Source: Camelus ferus (taxonomy: Eukaryota). From it: a stretch of DNA of 64,000 nucleotides. The notes under the pieces were generated by a model. That model searched no databases. It was not told the origin of the DNA and was given only the letters and a program-made list of their open reading frames with translations. Position numbers and translations under genes: made by a program. Of this stretch, positions 14,289 to 27,519 are shown piece after piece; the stretch's first letter is position 1; each line of letters starts with the position of its first letter. The DNA lies in contig NC_045707.1 in the NCBI RefSeq assembly GCF_009834535.1, positions 57,414,001 through 57,478,000 on the forward strand, written 5' to 3'.

Positions 14289-14649
14289 TTTTTTTTGAGC
14301 ACATTTACTGTGTATGGTTCCTGTACAGTAAACTACACATATTTCAGGTGTACAATTTGATGAATTTTGATAGATGTGTACACCCATGAAACCACCACAA
14401 TCAAGATAGCTAACATTTACATCACTCCCCAAGAGGTGCAAATTTTCAAATTCCCAATTTATCCCTTCCCACCCCCTTTACCCCCCAGTAACCATAAGTT
14501 TGTTCTCTATGTCTGTGAGTCTGCTTCTGTTCTGTAGATAAGTTCATCTGTCTCATTTTTTTATATTCCACGTATAAGTGATATTGTATGGTATCTTTCT
14601 TTCTCTTTCTGGCTTACTTCACTTAGAATGACGATCTCCAGGTCCATCC
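14289..14649 (-). mobile_element. Chimeric L1 insertion (young L1 3' UTR segment plus old L1M-like 3' segment plus poly(A))
   Basis: 19-bp direct repeat atgttgcctggacatagtc at 14270-14288 and 14650-14668; T tract at 14289-14297. Confidence 0.85.
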
Positions 14650-14674
14650 ATGTTGCCTGGACATAGTCCTAATA

Positions 14675-15140
14675 TTCATTCATTCATTCATTCATTCAGT
14701 CTTTATTTTTATTGTGTTTATTATACATTCATAGTGTACCAGGCATTATTTGGGACAGTCTGGATTCTTTGGTAAAAAAAAAAAGAAAAAGTCTTTCCTT
14801 TATGAAGTTTATATTTTAATAAGGCAGATAACCAATGAACAAAATAAATAAATATGTAAATATAATGTTCGATGGTGGCAAGAACTAAGGAAAAAAAGAG
14901 AAATCAACACCATGGCAGGAGGACAGGGAGTGTCAGGTACAATGGGGTGGTACAGTGCAGGGTGGAGTAGCCTCAGTGAGAAGGTGATATTTAGAAGAAG
15001 AGTCACGGAGGTGAGGGGATGAGCCACATGAGTGTCTAGGGAAGAACATTTCATGCAGAGAAAAGAGTCACTGCAAAGTCCCTACGATGGAGGAGCACTG
15101 GCATGTGGAGGAAGCAACAAGGATGCTAGAGATGAATCCA
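14675..15140 (-). mobile_element. L2 3' region
   Basis: (cattc)n tail and gtgagaaggtgatatttagaag...gaggggatgagccac. Confidence 0.8.
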
Positions 15141-15627
15141 GTGATGGTAGCTCACAAATTTTTTTTTATTTTTGGAAGTTTTTGCTAATTTAAAAAAAAA
15201 TGCAACTTTTCAGAAATGTTATCTTCTGCTCAATGTAGATTCCACTACATTGGAATGGTAATTTAAAAATCCCCAAACAATAGGTTTAGAAATAAAGCAG
15301 GCACCCCCTCAAGTATAGTAACAAAATTGATAACAGAAGTAACAGAAAAGGCTTCCTTTGAGAGCTTACAGGACAGGCATCTCCTTTGCACTCTAAATGC
15401 ACTGGGCCATTTCATTCTCACAAACTAATTCAGTGTAATTTATGGAGTCTGAGGAGCAATGTGGTAACTTCTCTGAACCTTAGTTTCCTCATTGCTAAGA
15501 GAGGATAACAACAGTGACCACCTCGTTTCTCTGCTTTGGTGCTTAAGTACTATAATACAGTTCCTGACACACAGTAGGTGCTACATCAGGTAGTCGTGCT
15601 GGTTGATACTAGTTCATCTTTAAGGCA

Positions 15628-15905
15628 GCAGCCACTGGTTTAAATGAGAAATAATTATGTTTTCTCAGAGAAGTGACAACACAGTTAAGTTACAAATTTA
15701 TTGATGAACATTAACCAAATCATAGATCTTACCCTAAAGGAGCTTACTTATTTTTATCTAATTCTCCTAGAAGCATCAAGTTACGTTTTTCATAAATAGA
15801 GATGACTGCAGCCATTGGTTTAAATTAAGAAGTCATTATGATTTCTCAGAGAAGTGACAACATAGTTAAGTTACAAATTTGTTGGTGAATATTAGCCAAT
15901 CCATA
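15628..15905 (+). repeat. A-B-A' composite duplication
   Basis: A (15628-15724) matches A' (15808-15905); the intervening B is a copy of 13235-13323. Confidence 0.92.
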
Positions 15906-15916
15906 AAACTGAGATA

Positions 15917-16510
15917 TTTATTCATTCATTCCCTTGACAAAATATCACTGGACCTGGCATTGTCTTAGTCACGGGTGAAATAAAAAGTAAACACCGCTGA
16001 TTTCATGCTTATAGATGTGAGGAGGAAATAGGCAGGGAGGATGATTATCTTTGCAACATAGGTTACTTTGTAAATAAGGATAAGCATGGGTTCCATGGGA
16101 GATGCTAAACGGGGCATCTAGGCCAGGCATGGGAGGGCCAGAGGTGGTCCCTTCTGTGAAGAAAGCTCATAGGTCAGGCGGTGTTGGGTAGGGGAATGGA
16201 GGCAGCGAGGAAGATGAAGGAGCCGCCTTAGAGGAACCTTACTAGAGTCCAGACACTGCAGGAAATTGCCAGTTCTTCTGTGTGGACCCTGAAGAGTTGG
16301 CAAATGAGGCAGAAAAGATAAGCAGGGGCCGGGTGGTAATAAGGAACACTGGACGGAAAACTCAGGGCTCTATCTGAGCAATATGGGGGTTCAGAAGGAT
16401 TTTAAGCAAGAGGGTGACATGATCCAATTTGCATTTTAGAAGGATTACTATGATTTCAATGTAAAGAGTGGTCCAGAAGGGGCTGGAATTTGAGGCAGGG
16501 CAACCAGGGG
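15917..16510 (-). mobile_element. L2 3' region
   Basis: atttattcattcattc tail; ggattttaagcaagagggtgacatgatccaatttgcattttagaaggattac. Confidence 0.75.
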
Positions 16511-17478
16511 TAGCTATAACTTCATGTTTAATGAGAGAAGAAACCGATTTCATTATGAATCTGTTATGCAGGGAAAGTTGTGTTTCTTTGTTACAACACG
16601 TTGTTCTTTGGGGAACTGGGAGGAGAGGATCAATAATAATCATACCAAAGAGGAAATATCAAACCGACCCATTTCGTTTTCAAAAGAATTTCTAGGTCGA
16701 CTGATTTGTAACTTTCTGGGATCTCACCTCTATCAAGCTCAAAATCACTGCAGGTTTTTCTTTGTTTTTCATCTCAGGAGCCATTAGCGAAAAACAAAAA
16801 TGTGAACGTGCAGTATTTCAGAATTCTTCCTCACCATTTCTCAGTCAAACATCCTGGATTTTTAGCATTCCCACTTAAACGCGAGTGATCTAGCACGCCG
16901 TCTAGCTCAAATGCCAGCACGGACAAATAAACAACCAGGAGGAGATGGAGGAAAGGGAAACTCAGGTTTCAGCAAATTAACCATACCAGGAGAAAAAGCA
17001 TTCAGTCAGGGTCATTCAAATGGAATCTCCATGCCGATCCCTTGTAATTGGGGGTTTGAAGCTTCCACAAACCACACTTCCGCATCCATAACTTCTGAGG
17101 TGATGTAGCTAAAAGCCCTTCCTTTCACCTAAATTACCTAGGCACTTGTAGTTATAATTTATTTTTTTCTCAGATTACTTCAAAGCTGTGTCTCAAAGCA
17201 CTTTTTAAGCAACATTGTCCTTTGTCCAACCTTCTTCAGTTTGTTCTAGAATGACTTTCCCTCTCACTTTCCTCATGATGATTCTGGGCTATTGTATTAA
17301 AATAAATTATGCAAGAAATATGTGAATGCATCCTTATAAAATTTCCAAAGAATTCAATGTGGAAAGACTGAACTCAGATTTTTTAAAAAGCCCCTTTAAT
17401 CATTTTCCTCTTTCTTCCTCTGCCTCCATAAGGAAACATGGATAGCAAGTATTTATCCAGATGTTTTCCTTTGCCCTC

Positions 17479-17482
<4 letters not shown>

Positions 17483-17510
<28 letters not shown>
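17483..17510. repeat. (CA)n microsatellite
   Basis: Perfect AC run. Confidence 0.95.
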
Positions 17511-17511
<1 letters not shown>

Positions 17512-17559
17512 TTTATTCAACTGTTTGTTTATTTTTAGATATAAAATGTATGAGACAAT

Positions 17560-17765
17560 GTAGAGCAGTGATTAAGAGACCAGACTTGGAGCCAGATTTG
17601 TCATCCATCAGTGGTGCACTTGTGGAAACTTCCTGTGTTTCAGTTTCTTCGTATATAAGATTAGGATGGTAACATTACATACCTCACTGGGTTGTTAAAG
17701 TAGCTATCTTGATCAATTTAAAGCACTTAGAACAGTGCCTGATAGTAAACACTCAATGAATGTTC
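17560..17765 (+). mobile_element. MIR SINE
   Basis: gcagtgattaagagaccagacttggagccag...aaagcacttagaacagtgcctga. Confidence 0.8.
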
Positions 17766-17799
17766 TTAAGTTTTTTAAATACACTAATATTTTCATATA

Positions 17800-18280
17800 T
17801 ACTTATTTCTCTATGACTTGCTTTCTAAGAACTATGTCTTGGATACCTTGTCCTCTCAGCACATAAGTTTTTTAATCTGCTGTGTAGTATCCCACGGTAT
17901 GTGGGTACCATAATTAATTCAACCATTCCCCTATCGATAGACATTTAGCTTGATACCCAATTGTTTTTTGTTTTGTTTTGTTTTCTTTCTTTTTGTTAAT
18001 GTGAACACAGATTCAATAAAAAATTTTATGTATATGAATGACTGTTTTTCTAGGGTGAATACCGATACGTGGCAAACCAGGGTAGGAGGATATGGGCACA
18101 CTTTATTAGATTCTGCCAAATCGACCTCCAATTTCTATTTCCACATTGTATGAAAATAAAAATTTCACCAAATCCTTGGTGATACATGATCAATATTTAA
18201 AATAAGTGAACAATTTTTATTCCTTTCTGGAATGAATCTGTATCTCCCTAACTAATAGTGAAGTTGAACATCTTCTATGT
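17800..18280 (-). mobile_element. Ancient L1ME-like fragment
   Basis: taattcaaccattcccctatcgatagacatttag...ctaatagtgaagttgaacatc. Confidence 0.65.
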
Positions 18281-20218
18281 GAGAACTTTATGAGAGAGAG
18301 CCAGTCATACAAAATCCTGGCAGATATGAACCAGGCACGTACAATACAAAAAAGAACTCCAGTGTAACTCTGGGTGTGAATGAGGGGGCAGGTCACTAAA
18401 TCTTAAATGACCTCTTTAAAGGAAAAGTTACTCACATTGTTTTGCATGTTGAGACTGAGGCTTAGGGAATGAAAGAACTTGCCCTAAGTCATAAAGATAG
18501 TAATCTTGGGGCCCAAGCCTCAGAGCCAGTGCTCCCCAGATCAGTTAAGTAAACGTTGGTTGAATGGGTGTTGGGCACTGTGCAGGGTCCCGGGGAGAAG
18601 CAGTCAATGGAGCACAGTCCCTGCCTTCAAGGACAGTGTCGACCAGAGCTGTGTTCTTCCTGCCCTTCACTAGATTGTCAGCAAGGGGGAAAGACCAAGT
18701 GACTCAGGCTAGAATCTGGAGAAGGATTTGGACAAGAGAGAAGCTAGAGGATATTTTAAAATCATAAGAAATAAGAGGGAGCAGAGGATGAGATTGGGAT
18801 GGTAAGTGGGGAATGACTATTAAGCAGTCTCCATGGTTCACTGGGTATGGGTGGAGGGGAGAGTTAATCATGCCCCCCGGATGCCTAGTTTGGGTGGCTA
18901 CGTGGCTAGTGGTGGCTGGAACCAGAGGGGAGGGATGGAAAGACCCTTTGGAGGTTAGAGTCAGTTAGAGCATTTAAAGTAAGTAGAATTTTCTTTTGTG
19001 GAAGTACCTGAAAAATCTTAGTGTAAGCCACTAGTGAAAAATCCAAGGAATTTTCCATGGGTGTGCTTTTAATTGGAAAAGACATGTATTTGTAGAGCCG
19101 GAGAGATATTGGACAGTAAACCTGAAATAGCCCTTAAATTTTCACTCCTTCTGAAGGAAGGCATCTGTAATGTTGAATCTCTGTAATTAAACTAAGCCTT
19201 GTAGCTGTTATTAATGTTTATCATTCATGGTAAAGAGCAACATAACAGTCCCTCCTGCTTTACTCTTCACAAGAAATACATTTGACAGCTCTGGACCCAG
19301 ACAACTTCTGCCTAGATTTGTTATGTTTCTCTCTTATGCTTTATATTAACTGGTAGAGCTTCCAGGATTTGAAAACAGATTAAATAATAAAGTGTGTCCT
19401 TTGAAGTGTTGGGTTGAATACTTGTAGGGACCTACTCTTGTCTGTATGGCACCGCTTAGAAAACTGTGGTTTCTGTGAGATTACCAGAGGAAGAGACTGA
19501 GGGTTAAAAGAATGATTCTGGTTGAGAGAATCCTGATGTTACTGCACACAATACAGGCTGACATCTAGGAAGCAGAGATAGGGTGATGTATGCCTTGCTT
19601 AGTGAAAGAAGATCTCCCAAAAACTTCCTAGAGGCTAAGCTTTTTTCCAGGTTGCAAAATCTTTCAAAGAACCTTCCAGTGTTAGTCCTGTCCCCATCAC
19701 GTCATAACCCACCTGCCACAAAAATCAGTGGGAACTGTTTGAAGAATGGGCTTTGGTACTTGTCCTCAGGGATCTCAGCCAGTGTCCAGGTACGCAGCAC
19801 TGGTTCCGCAATGTTGAAAAGCCTTACCTGAGTCTAGGTACTCCTTCTAAACTAGCTTTGCCATTTTAAGCCAGGTTTCATCATCCTTGGGATGGAGAAG
19901 ATAATTCTCCATCAAGCTAGGTCTGTCTTTAGAGTGTTGGCAGAATTAGAGAGTGAGCAAAAATGACTCACGTGCCCTTGAACCTACTCTTCCAAACCTT
20001 TCTCTTACCTCTGATCTCTCCTTCCCTCCCCCTTCCTCATGCTTCCCTTTGGTGTTCAACAGACCCATCCTTCTTTGATAAGATTGCTCACCCTCATGTT
20101 CACTGAAATTCGAATTCTTCAAGGGCTACTGCAGAAACAAACATGTATTGAAGGGATATCATGTACCAGGCACTACTACACACTCTTCAGTCTTTGCAAC
20201 ATTTTCCTGTGTCTTAAT

Positions 20219-20300
20219 CGGTGACCAGCTGTCTAGGTTTGCCCAGGGCTGAGGCATTTTCTGGGACTTTCAGTGCTCAAACCAGGACAGTGTCCATCTG
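20219..20300 (+). mobile_element. MER94-like (hAT-Blackjack) fragment
   Basis: ggtgaccagctgtctaggtttgcccagggctgag...gggactttcagtgctcaaaccaggacagt. Confidence 0.65.
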
Positions 20301-20892
20301 GGAACTGAGACACAGAGGAGAGGTCATCTTCTGAATGTCACACTCTTTAGTGGTGATATGTTATGACTCAGCCCAGATCTTCCTCATCCCAGTCCCTGGC
20401 CTTTCTGCTCTGTCATGCTGACTGTGCTAAGGGTAGGTTTGATGATTTGATTAAGGAATCACACTAGATTTTGAGATGTATCTGTATGTTTAAGTGGAGC
20501 TGGAATAGTGGTGAGTATGTGGAGGGTGGTGGTTATCCCCACCTCCATAGCCCCTCCCTTATGCCAAACGAGACCTGGAAGCAAATATTGAGAATTGGCA
20601 ATTTTGATATTCCTGCTTCTGAACATTTGAAGGAGTCTCCTTGAGGGTTTAGTGTCATGGAATGTCATGGCTTGGGAGAGTGTGGGTGGGCCGAGCATGC
20701 ATTTTAGAAGCACAAATCAGTGTGTGTCATGACTGGAAAGACTTCCTGTCGTATCAGTTTACCAGGTGAAACCTACCACTCAAAAGTTAACAAACCAATT
20801 TAAAGACCTCATTCTCTAGGAATATTTTTCCACATAGCTCTGTTCTGGTTTCAGATCTCTAGCGTTCACATTTGTACTCCTGAAGATGACCC

Positions 20893-21002
20893 TGTGTGTA
20901 CGTGTGTGTGCGCATATGTGTATATGTGTGTGCACGTGTGTATATGTGTGTGTGTATGTATACTTATGAGTATATATGCACAGGTATATATGTGTGTGTG
21001 TG
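20893..21002. repeat. Degenerate (TG/TA)n simple repeat
   Basis: Alternating purine-pyrimidine tract. Confidence 0.9.
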
Positions 21003-21809
21003 AATCTATTCTAGCAACCATCAGGAATTTTTTCCCCTCCTTTTGGTGCCAGATCATCAAAGCTTGAGCAGAGTTACTATAAAGCATCACAACTGAGATG
21101 TCGTAGCTGTGTTTATTTCCAGTTTTAGTCTCCAGATGTGATTGGTGGGCTCAGATCAACCAAATGTTAGATCTGCAGTTTCCAGCACTGATTTTTTTCT
21201 CTAAAGCTTTTGCTCATTTTAAGTTTTCTGCCCCCTGGGCCGACAGCTAGTGCTCTGCGTTCTCCACTTTCATAGTTCAGAAACTTTTATTTATGTAACT
21301 ACTCTCACAGGATAAAAATATGTGTAATTTTATACACTTCTTTTTCCCCATTCCTCCTTGCTGTCTTGTAGTGTTTGGTTATTTGATGATTTTCCCTCTC
21401 AAGTCTGCTCACATTATGCATGCTCCTATCAAGTGAATCTCCGGCACATTCCTCCTTTCCTTAACAAAGTGTGACACTGTGGAGGGACTGAGAGAGCAGT
21501 TTTTCATGAATAAATAATAATTCTTTGTAATTAGCATATCAATTGTATGTATGGAAATGATTCTTCTAAATTACTTGACTGTGATTATAAGCAGTTGATT
21601 TACCTAAATAGTTTTAAACCTTCTTCCAACAAACTCCATACACTATTAATTTACTTAGTAAATACATTTTCTTTTGCTTCCTAGATAATATAAAGGAAAC
21701 TTTTACCTATTCCTAAAGTAAATTGTATTTTGTTGCTGCTGTTTTTGTCTATAAGCACCTGAAGCCTTACAGTAGCAAGCTCACACAGGAAATAGTTCAA
21801 CAAAGAGCT

Positions 21810-22030
21810 GACATTTGTTGGACCCATTTTAAGTGCCAGGCACTCTTCTAATTGCTTTTGTTTTTATTAAATGTAATGCCTATAATGATTCTATACAGTA
21901 GAATCATTACTCTGATACCCTCTTACACATGATAAAATTGAGATTCGGAGATGCTACGCATCTTGTCTGAGCTCACAAAGCTGATAAGTGAAGAAGCTCA
22001 AATTCAAACCCAGCAGTACTGGGTCCTTAG
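21810..22030 (-). mobile_element. MIR SINE
   Basis: aagtgccaggcactcttcta...attcaaacccagcagt. Confidence 0.7.
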
Positions 22031-22621
22031 CCTAACAGAAAAAAAAAAAATATGTGTGTGCGTGTGCGTGTGTGCATGTGGTTTATTCATTGACTAAGTA
22101 TTTATTGAGCACACAATAGATGCTGGGCACAGAGATAAACAAGATGCATCCTGCCCTTGGAGAGTCTAGTGACAGCAGAATGATTGTAAACTGATAAATT
22201 ACAGTGCACTGAAATAGATGTTAGCATTTAGGCAGGAACAAAGTACTATGGGAGAGCATTAGCATATTTTTTCCAAAGGATAAATGTAATACTTTTTATA
22301 CTTGCCACTTTACTTTGGCAAAAGAGAATACATTTAGAACAGAAAATTAACATGTTTGAGAAAAGGAAAGGATCAAAGAGTCATAAAGATTTTTTTCTGA
22401 ATATATCCTGTAACTCGTGCAGAGATATTCCATTCTTAATTAAACACCTAATCAATATAGTTTTTTTCTTTAAATGACCACAAATTCTGACTGTAGGACT
22501 ACACCAAGGCAAAACAGTAAGACCTCCCTTACCTACCTACCCAGCCCTCTTTCCTGGAGTAACTCTCCAGGAGTGGAGAAACTCTTAAGGTGGCATTTAC
22601 TATTTGGGGCAGTTACAGTCT

Positions 22622-22817
22622 GGAGCACTGTGTCCAAACACTAATCTGCACATCAGTGACTGGCTGGCTTTATCAGAGTTTTATAATGTCATATGTTCCT
22701 GGGTCATATTGCTGTGGGTCTTGGTATGGTAAATCTGGGATTCAGCCTAGGTCTCTATATTTTAAAGGTGCTTAAGTTGATTTCTGTGTACATCCATGTT
22801 TAAAAACAACTGGTCTA
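22622..22817. mobile_element. MER5A-like DNA transposon
   Basis: ctgcacatcag...atctgggattcagcctagg...gttgatttctgtgtacatccatgtttaaaaacaactg. Confidence 0.55.
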
Positions 22818-22894
22818 AAAATACCCATGCATAGGAAAGCCACTTATATGGTATTTACTTTCTCCTTATTATCTTGTTTAAGACTATGGGTTGG

Positions 22895-23092
22895 TAGGTA
22901 AGAGCCTGATATCTGGAAACAGACAGGTCTCAGTTATATTCTGTCTGTTCCACTGACTACCTAGGGGACCTGGGACAAATTTCTTAAGCTCTCCATTAAC
23001 TTCCGTATAGAGTTGTTATGAGGATTAGATATAATGTACACAAAGCAGCTAGCATTGCCTTGTGCTTAATAAGTGCTCAATAAATGTTAGCA
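22895..23092 (+). mobile_element. MIR SINE
   Basis: gttgttatgaggattagatataatgtacacaaagc...taagtgctcaataaatgttagc. Confidence 0.8.
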
Positions 23093-26000
23093 TACACACA
23101 TACAAATGTTAAGAGTACACACTCACACACATGTGTACAGACATGCACACTCTTAAAATAATATCAAAACACCTTAATTGAGTAAGAGCAAAACTATTAT
23201 AAGAAAAAAATGCTCAGTCACCATTGCCTTTGTGGGAAAGGAGTAGGTCTGTATTTGGCTATGTTGGGCCTTTTCCAAGTTGAGAATAATAACCCATTAA
23301 TGGTGAGCATGTAGCCTCCTGCTGCTGCTTCACTGTCCAACACATACCCTTTAGAGCTGGGAGTTAACAGATCTTACCCTTGTCGTTAGTTCCTGTCCTC
23401 TCACATCATGTAAAAACTGATCCACCATGGTCTGAATTATTTAATCTGGAAAAGCAGAATGAAGCTGTTAAAGGAGCAGTCATCAATAATAATGAGTTCT
23501 AATCCAGCCCTGCAATTAACCAGTATATAAAATGGACCAGATCACAGCCACTCTTGGTCTTTATTTCCTTGTGTATAAAGATGCAAGGAGATAAACAAAG
23601 TTGTCCCTAAGGACCTTCACAGGTATAATGTTCTGAGTTTCTGAGCTACTTAACTGCACTAAGTTATCATAACCCAATATCCTTGGTATCATTTATTCCC
23701 TGATAACATTATTTGGTCCTTAATCCAGAGGAATGACTGCTGTCATTTAGGAGCCTATGCATAAACCTGGCTCTAGATATTCATACAATAATAACTGAGA
23801 GGTAGAGCCAGCTCTTGGTTATCCAACAGTGTTTAAGCAACTTATCTATCAGTGAACTGGGTCAGGATTATGTCTGTGTAATCCTCACAGAGAAGGAGCC
23901 ACAGTAAAGACCTAGGCAACAGCCATTTGGCAACTGTGCACAGATAACAAGATTCCTTTTCAGGGCAGGCATTTCTTCCATCTGAGTTCTAGCCAAGGTC
24001 AAAATTTAGCAACTAGTTTCTCAATAGCAGGGGAGAGAGCACAGATCATGAGCAAATTCAGATATGCAGTGTAATCCAAAGTTCTCTCTTATTAGAGAGG
24101 ATTTTTAATCAAGCAGGATGTTGAGCATACCAAGAAACAGCAGCCATTTTGATAACTCAATACATAGAAATAAAAAAAGATTGAAAGATCAGAATGCAGT
24201 CATGTTTAAAAGTTAGTTCATTTACCAGCTGCTGGTTTGCTAAACTTCATTCAAATTAACTTTAAAGCTTCCTGGAGCTTACTACTTCCTGCATGAATTT
24301 ACTAATAAACAAGTATGTATCTGGTTATTAACTAAGCTAATTTTTCCTGGCTTCTTGAATGAAAATATATAGTCTTATATATTAACATTATAGAAGATTC
24401 ATTTCTTATGGTTTTTTAAAATCATTTTAGTGTTTTTTTAGTTTGTATTTATGCATTTGGAAATGATAATAAGAACATTTGAACTCTCGTTTTCATATTG
24501 ATTTCTCCGTGTATTTTTTAAAAAATTTAGCAGGGGAAAGAAATATTTTCAGGATGGGAATATCCATTCTTCTTTGTACATTTTAATTCATTTTGGTGAA
24601 GGCTCATGGCCAGACTAGGCACAACTGTGGGGTAATATTTCTCTTTAGGGGCTTTTGTCTTTTAGGACCACTTCTCTTTGCTCTAAGTATTTCCTGGATG
24701 CCCTGTATACCCCCCATGCCTTCTTCACCACCCTTCTCCTCCTTAATGACATCCAGCTTTTACCAGATGTCTCTTGGAAAGCCTTGTTAAATTAACCCAT
24801 GCTAATGACTGCCTCAGATTGCAGCAGGTACAACAGAACTCTTAAAGCAAGATGATGAAATCTAAAAGTATAGAATTTCTTTTAGAAAATACAGAATTTC
24901 AGGTTTATTAATGGAGATGGGGATTTCACTTTAAAATTGGAAGTCTTCTTAGGTCTCCTCAAATAACATAAGGGCCACATTTTCATCCTATGTGGAAAGC
25001 TGGTGCTACAGGTTTCCGCGACTGCTTCAGCTGAGTTCATTGTTATCAAGGACAATTCCTGAATCAGGAGGGTTTTTCAAATATAAATACATATTTATAT
25101 TATATATATTTTGTATTATTTATATTTTATATTATTTATATATATATATCTGTGATAGAAACAGCTGAACTATTTACAAAAAACTATTACATTTCAAAAC
25201 ATGTTTTAAATATTTAGCTTGATATAAGGCATATTTTCCTTAAGAGTGAGAAACAGACCAAGTTAAAAGTAGGAATAAATGATAAACTTTCAGGGCTAAA
25301 GGAATACCTACTGGCAAGTGTTTGTACATGAAAATGTATACCCTAACTGAGCAGAAAGCTTGGCTTTAGTTTAAGCATGGAACAAGGATTCCATGGTAGA
25401 GTCTTCTGCTCTTTTGTTCTTACCTTAAAAGGGAAAGAAAGGAAAGAAAACTGCCTTCTTCTTATTAAAAATTCCTACCGAAGGACTAAAAGCATTACAG
25501 AGATAAACTGTAGGTTAAGAAGACAAACATAGGCCCTCAAAAGTATTTGTAAAGTAGGCAAAGCCAGTGGAAAGAAGAGCTACACAGAACAATCCTTGAG
25601 ATGAGAATTAAGGTATTTTTCTGAAAATAGTTAAAAAATCAAAGTTGAGTGTTTGAAATGATACATTGTACAAACATGTTTATATTTCTTCAAATCTCTA
25701 GGAGTTACCTTTTAGTCTCTATTATACTGCTTAATCATCGAATTTGTGTTGTTTTCAACACAGGATTGTTAGTAGTAGAAATGAGGAAAGCATGACCAGA
25801 TCCCATGTGGGTTCTGTGCCCTGATGGGCAAGACAGAGTGACAGGTAGAGTCAGACCAGGAGACCCATTAACTCTGCTGAGCCCAGAAGAATCTGAGTCG
25901 TGGTCTAAACCAAAGATAGAACATTGAGGCAGAAATTCTGGATTCAAAGACTGCGCAGTCTGCTTTTTATAAACTGCTAACTGTGAGGGGATGGGAGAGG

Positions 26001-27519
26001 TAACCCTGCAGGGCCGAGTATGCCCCACCAGCCATATTTCTCTCAGCCATTCCCTGTGGTGAGAGCCTCTTGGTCCTAGGTATTAGTACCACAGCCCTCC
26101 TGTGGCAACTCTAAATTGCAGGCAGAGTGCCTAATCTGGGATAATGGGCCTCTAAAGGTCTGGCCTAGAATTTCCAACCCTAATAAATGAAAGCAAATAG
26201 AACAAAAGCCAAAAAGATGTCTGGAGACTAATCATCTGGCCCGGAAAATGGGTGAACCATTGTTATTAAAACATACAAATGTGTAAGTTTTAATATTAGG
26301 AAAGAAATTAGAGAAGGGTGTGAATGAGCAAATCACCCAGAATTAAAGGAGAATTCTGTACATTAACAATTCATCTTGGGGCAAATTACAAAGAAATTGC
26401 CAGGACACTGAAAACAGAGTTTACATGGTATGAAGTTGTCAAAGTTTCCCATCTCCATGTTTCGGAACAACTTAGTAGAATGTAACTAGTGGAATAAATG
26501 CTCAATAAACATCTGTTGAGTGACCAAGTCAATGATTGAGTAAATAATTAAAGGAATGAGTTAATCAATGAATAAGCATATTTTCTTAGGCTTCAGCCAC
26601 AGATAAAAATGCACTCGGCTCATCAGCTATTTATAACCCCTTGGTCTCTACTTAACCCAGACTTGGCAAACGAGTCGTTATATAAGTTGCCTCTTGGGCT
26701 CTCTGTAGTCATTTCTGAAACCCCTAGTATCTGCCTGGTTTTCAGACAGATGACTGAAGGCCACTGATGACTGTCTCATTGCAAAATTCAAAGTTGTTTT
26801 TTTTTTCTTTCCTTCTCAATCCACACCCACCTTGCTGAAGCAAATGATAGAAAGAATGTAACACCAGTTCTTAAGTCTCCAAATCTGTATAATAGTCACT
26901 AATGAATCTCAAGATATAATTTAAGCATGCTTGAAATGCAAATTATTTTTTGTAACTCAATATAATATTCATTTTAGTCTCCCTTCTGCTTGGATTGTGA
27001 AAATGTAATCACAACCAGTTTCAGGCAGCCTTCTCTGCCACTTTAGTGGCACTCTCCGTGTTCTGGCTGTGTTTAAGCCTGTCTCAGTCCTCTGTCACAT
27101 CACATACACCTTTCTTCTCTGGGCTTTACCCAGGAAGCAAGTCAAAAGGCCTTTGCACTTGGATCCTATAAAACAGGGGTTATGTCATCCGCCCTGTGCA
27201 TCAGCTGAGAGGGATGGACTATCTCCTTTTCTCAAGGTTCTATAATGTCTGATTACAAGTTTCTTCTGTTTTGCGTCTCCCTAGTCCCAACTTGAGAAGG
27301 TTTGGAGAAGCCTCTTGGAGTTTACTTGTAGTAAACATAGTTTCCCCAACTATTATCTATGCCATGATGTTCAAAAAAGTATTTTGAAACTCAGAAACCA
27401 AGAATTAATTTAGTTTTTTGCTTTTTCTTATATCTGTTTTATAGGTATATGTGCATATCCAACTATATCCTTAGTAAATTTCTCCAAAAGTAGAAGCCTT
27501 CGTTTATAAAGGATTTAGT

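Noticed and set aside
24850..24862. ATGATGA C-box-like motif (possible snoRNA)
   Set aside because: No D box or terminal stem at a suitable distance.
27036..27051. Palindrome tgccact-tt-agtggca resembling CTCF
   Set aside because: Spacing is one base off the CTCF core, and a 7-bp inverted repeat is expected by chance in 64 kb.
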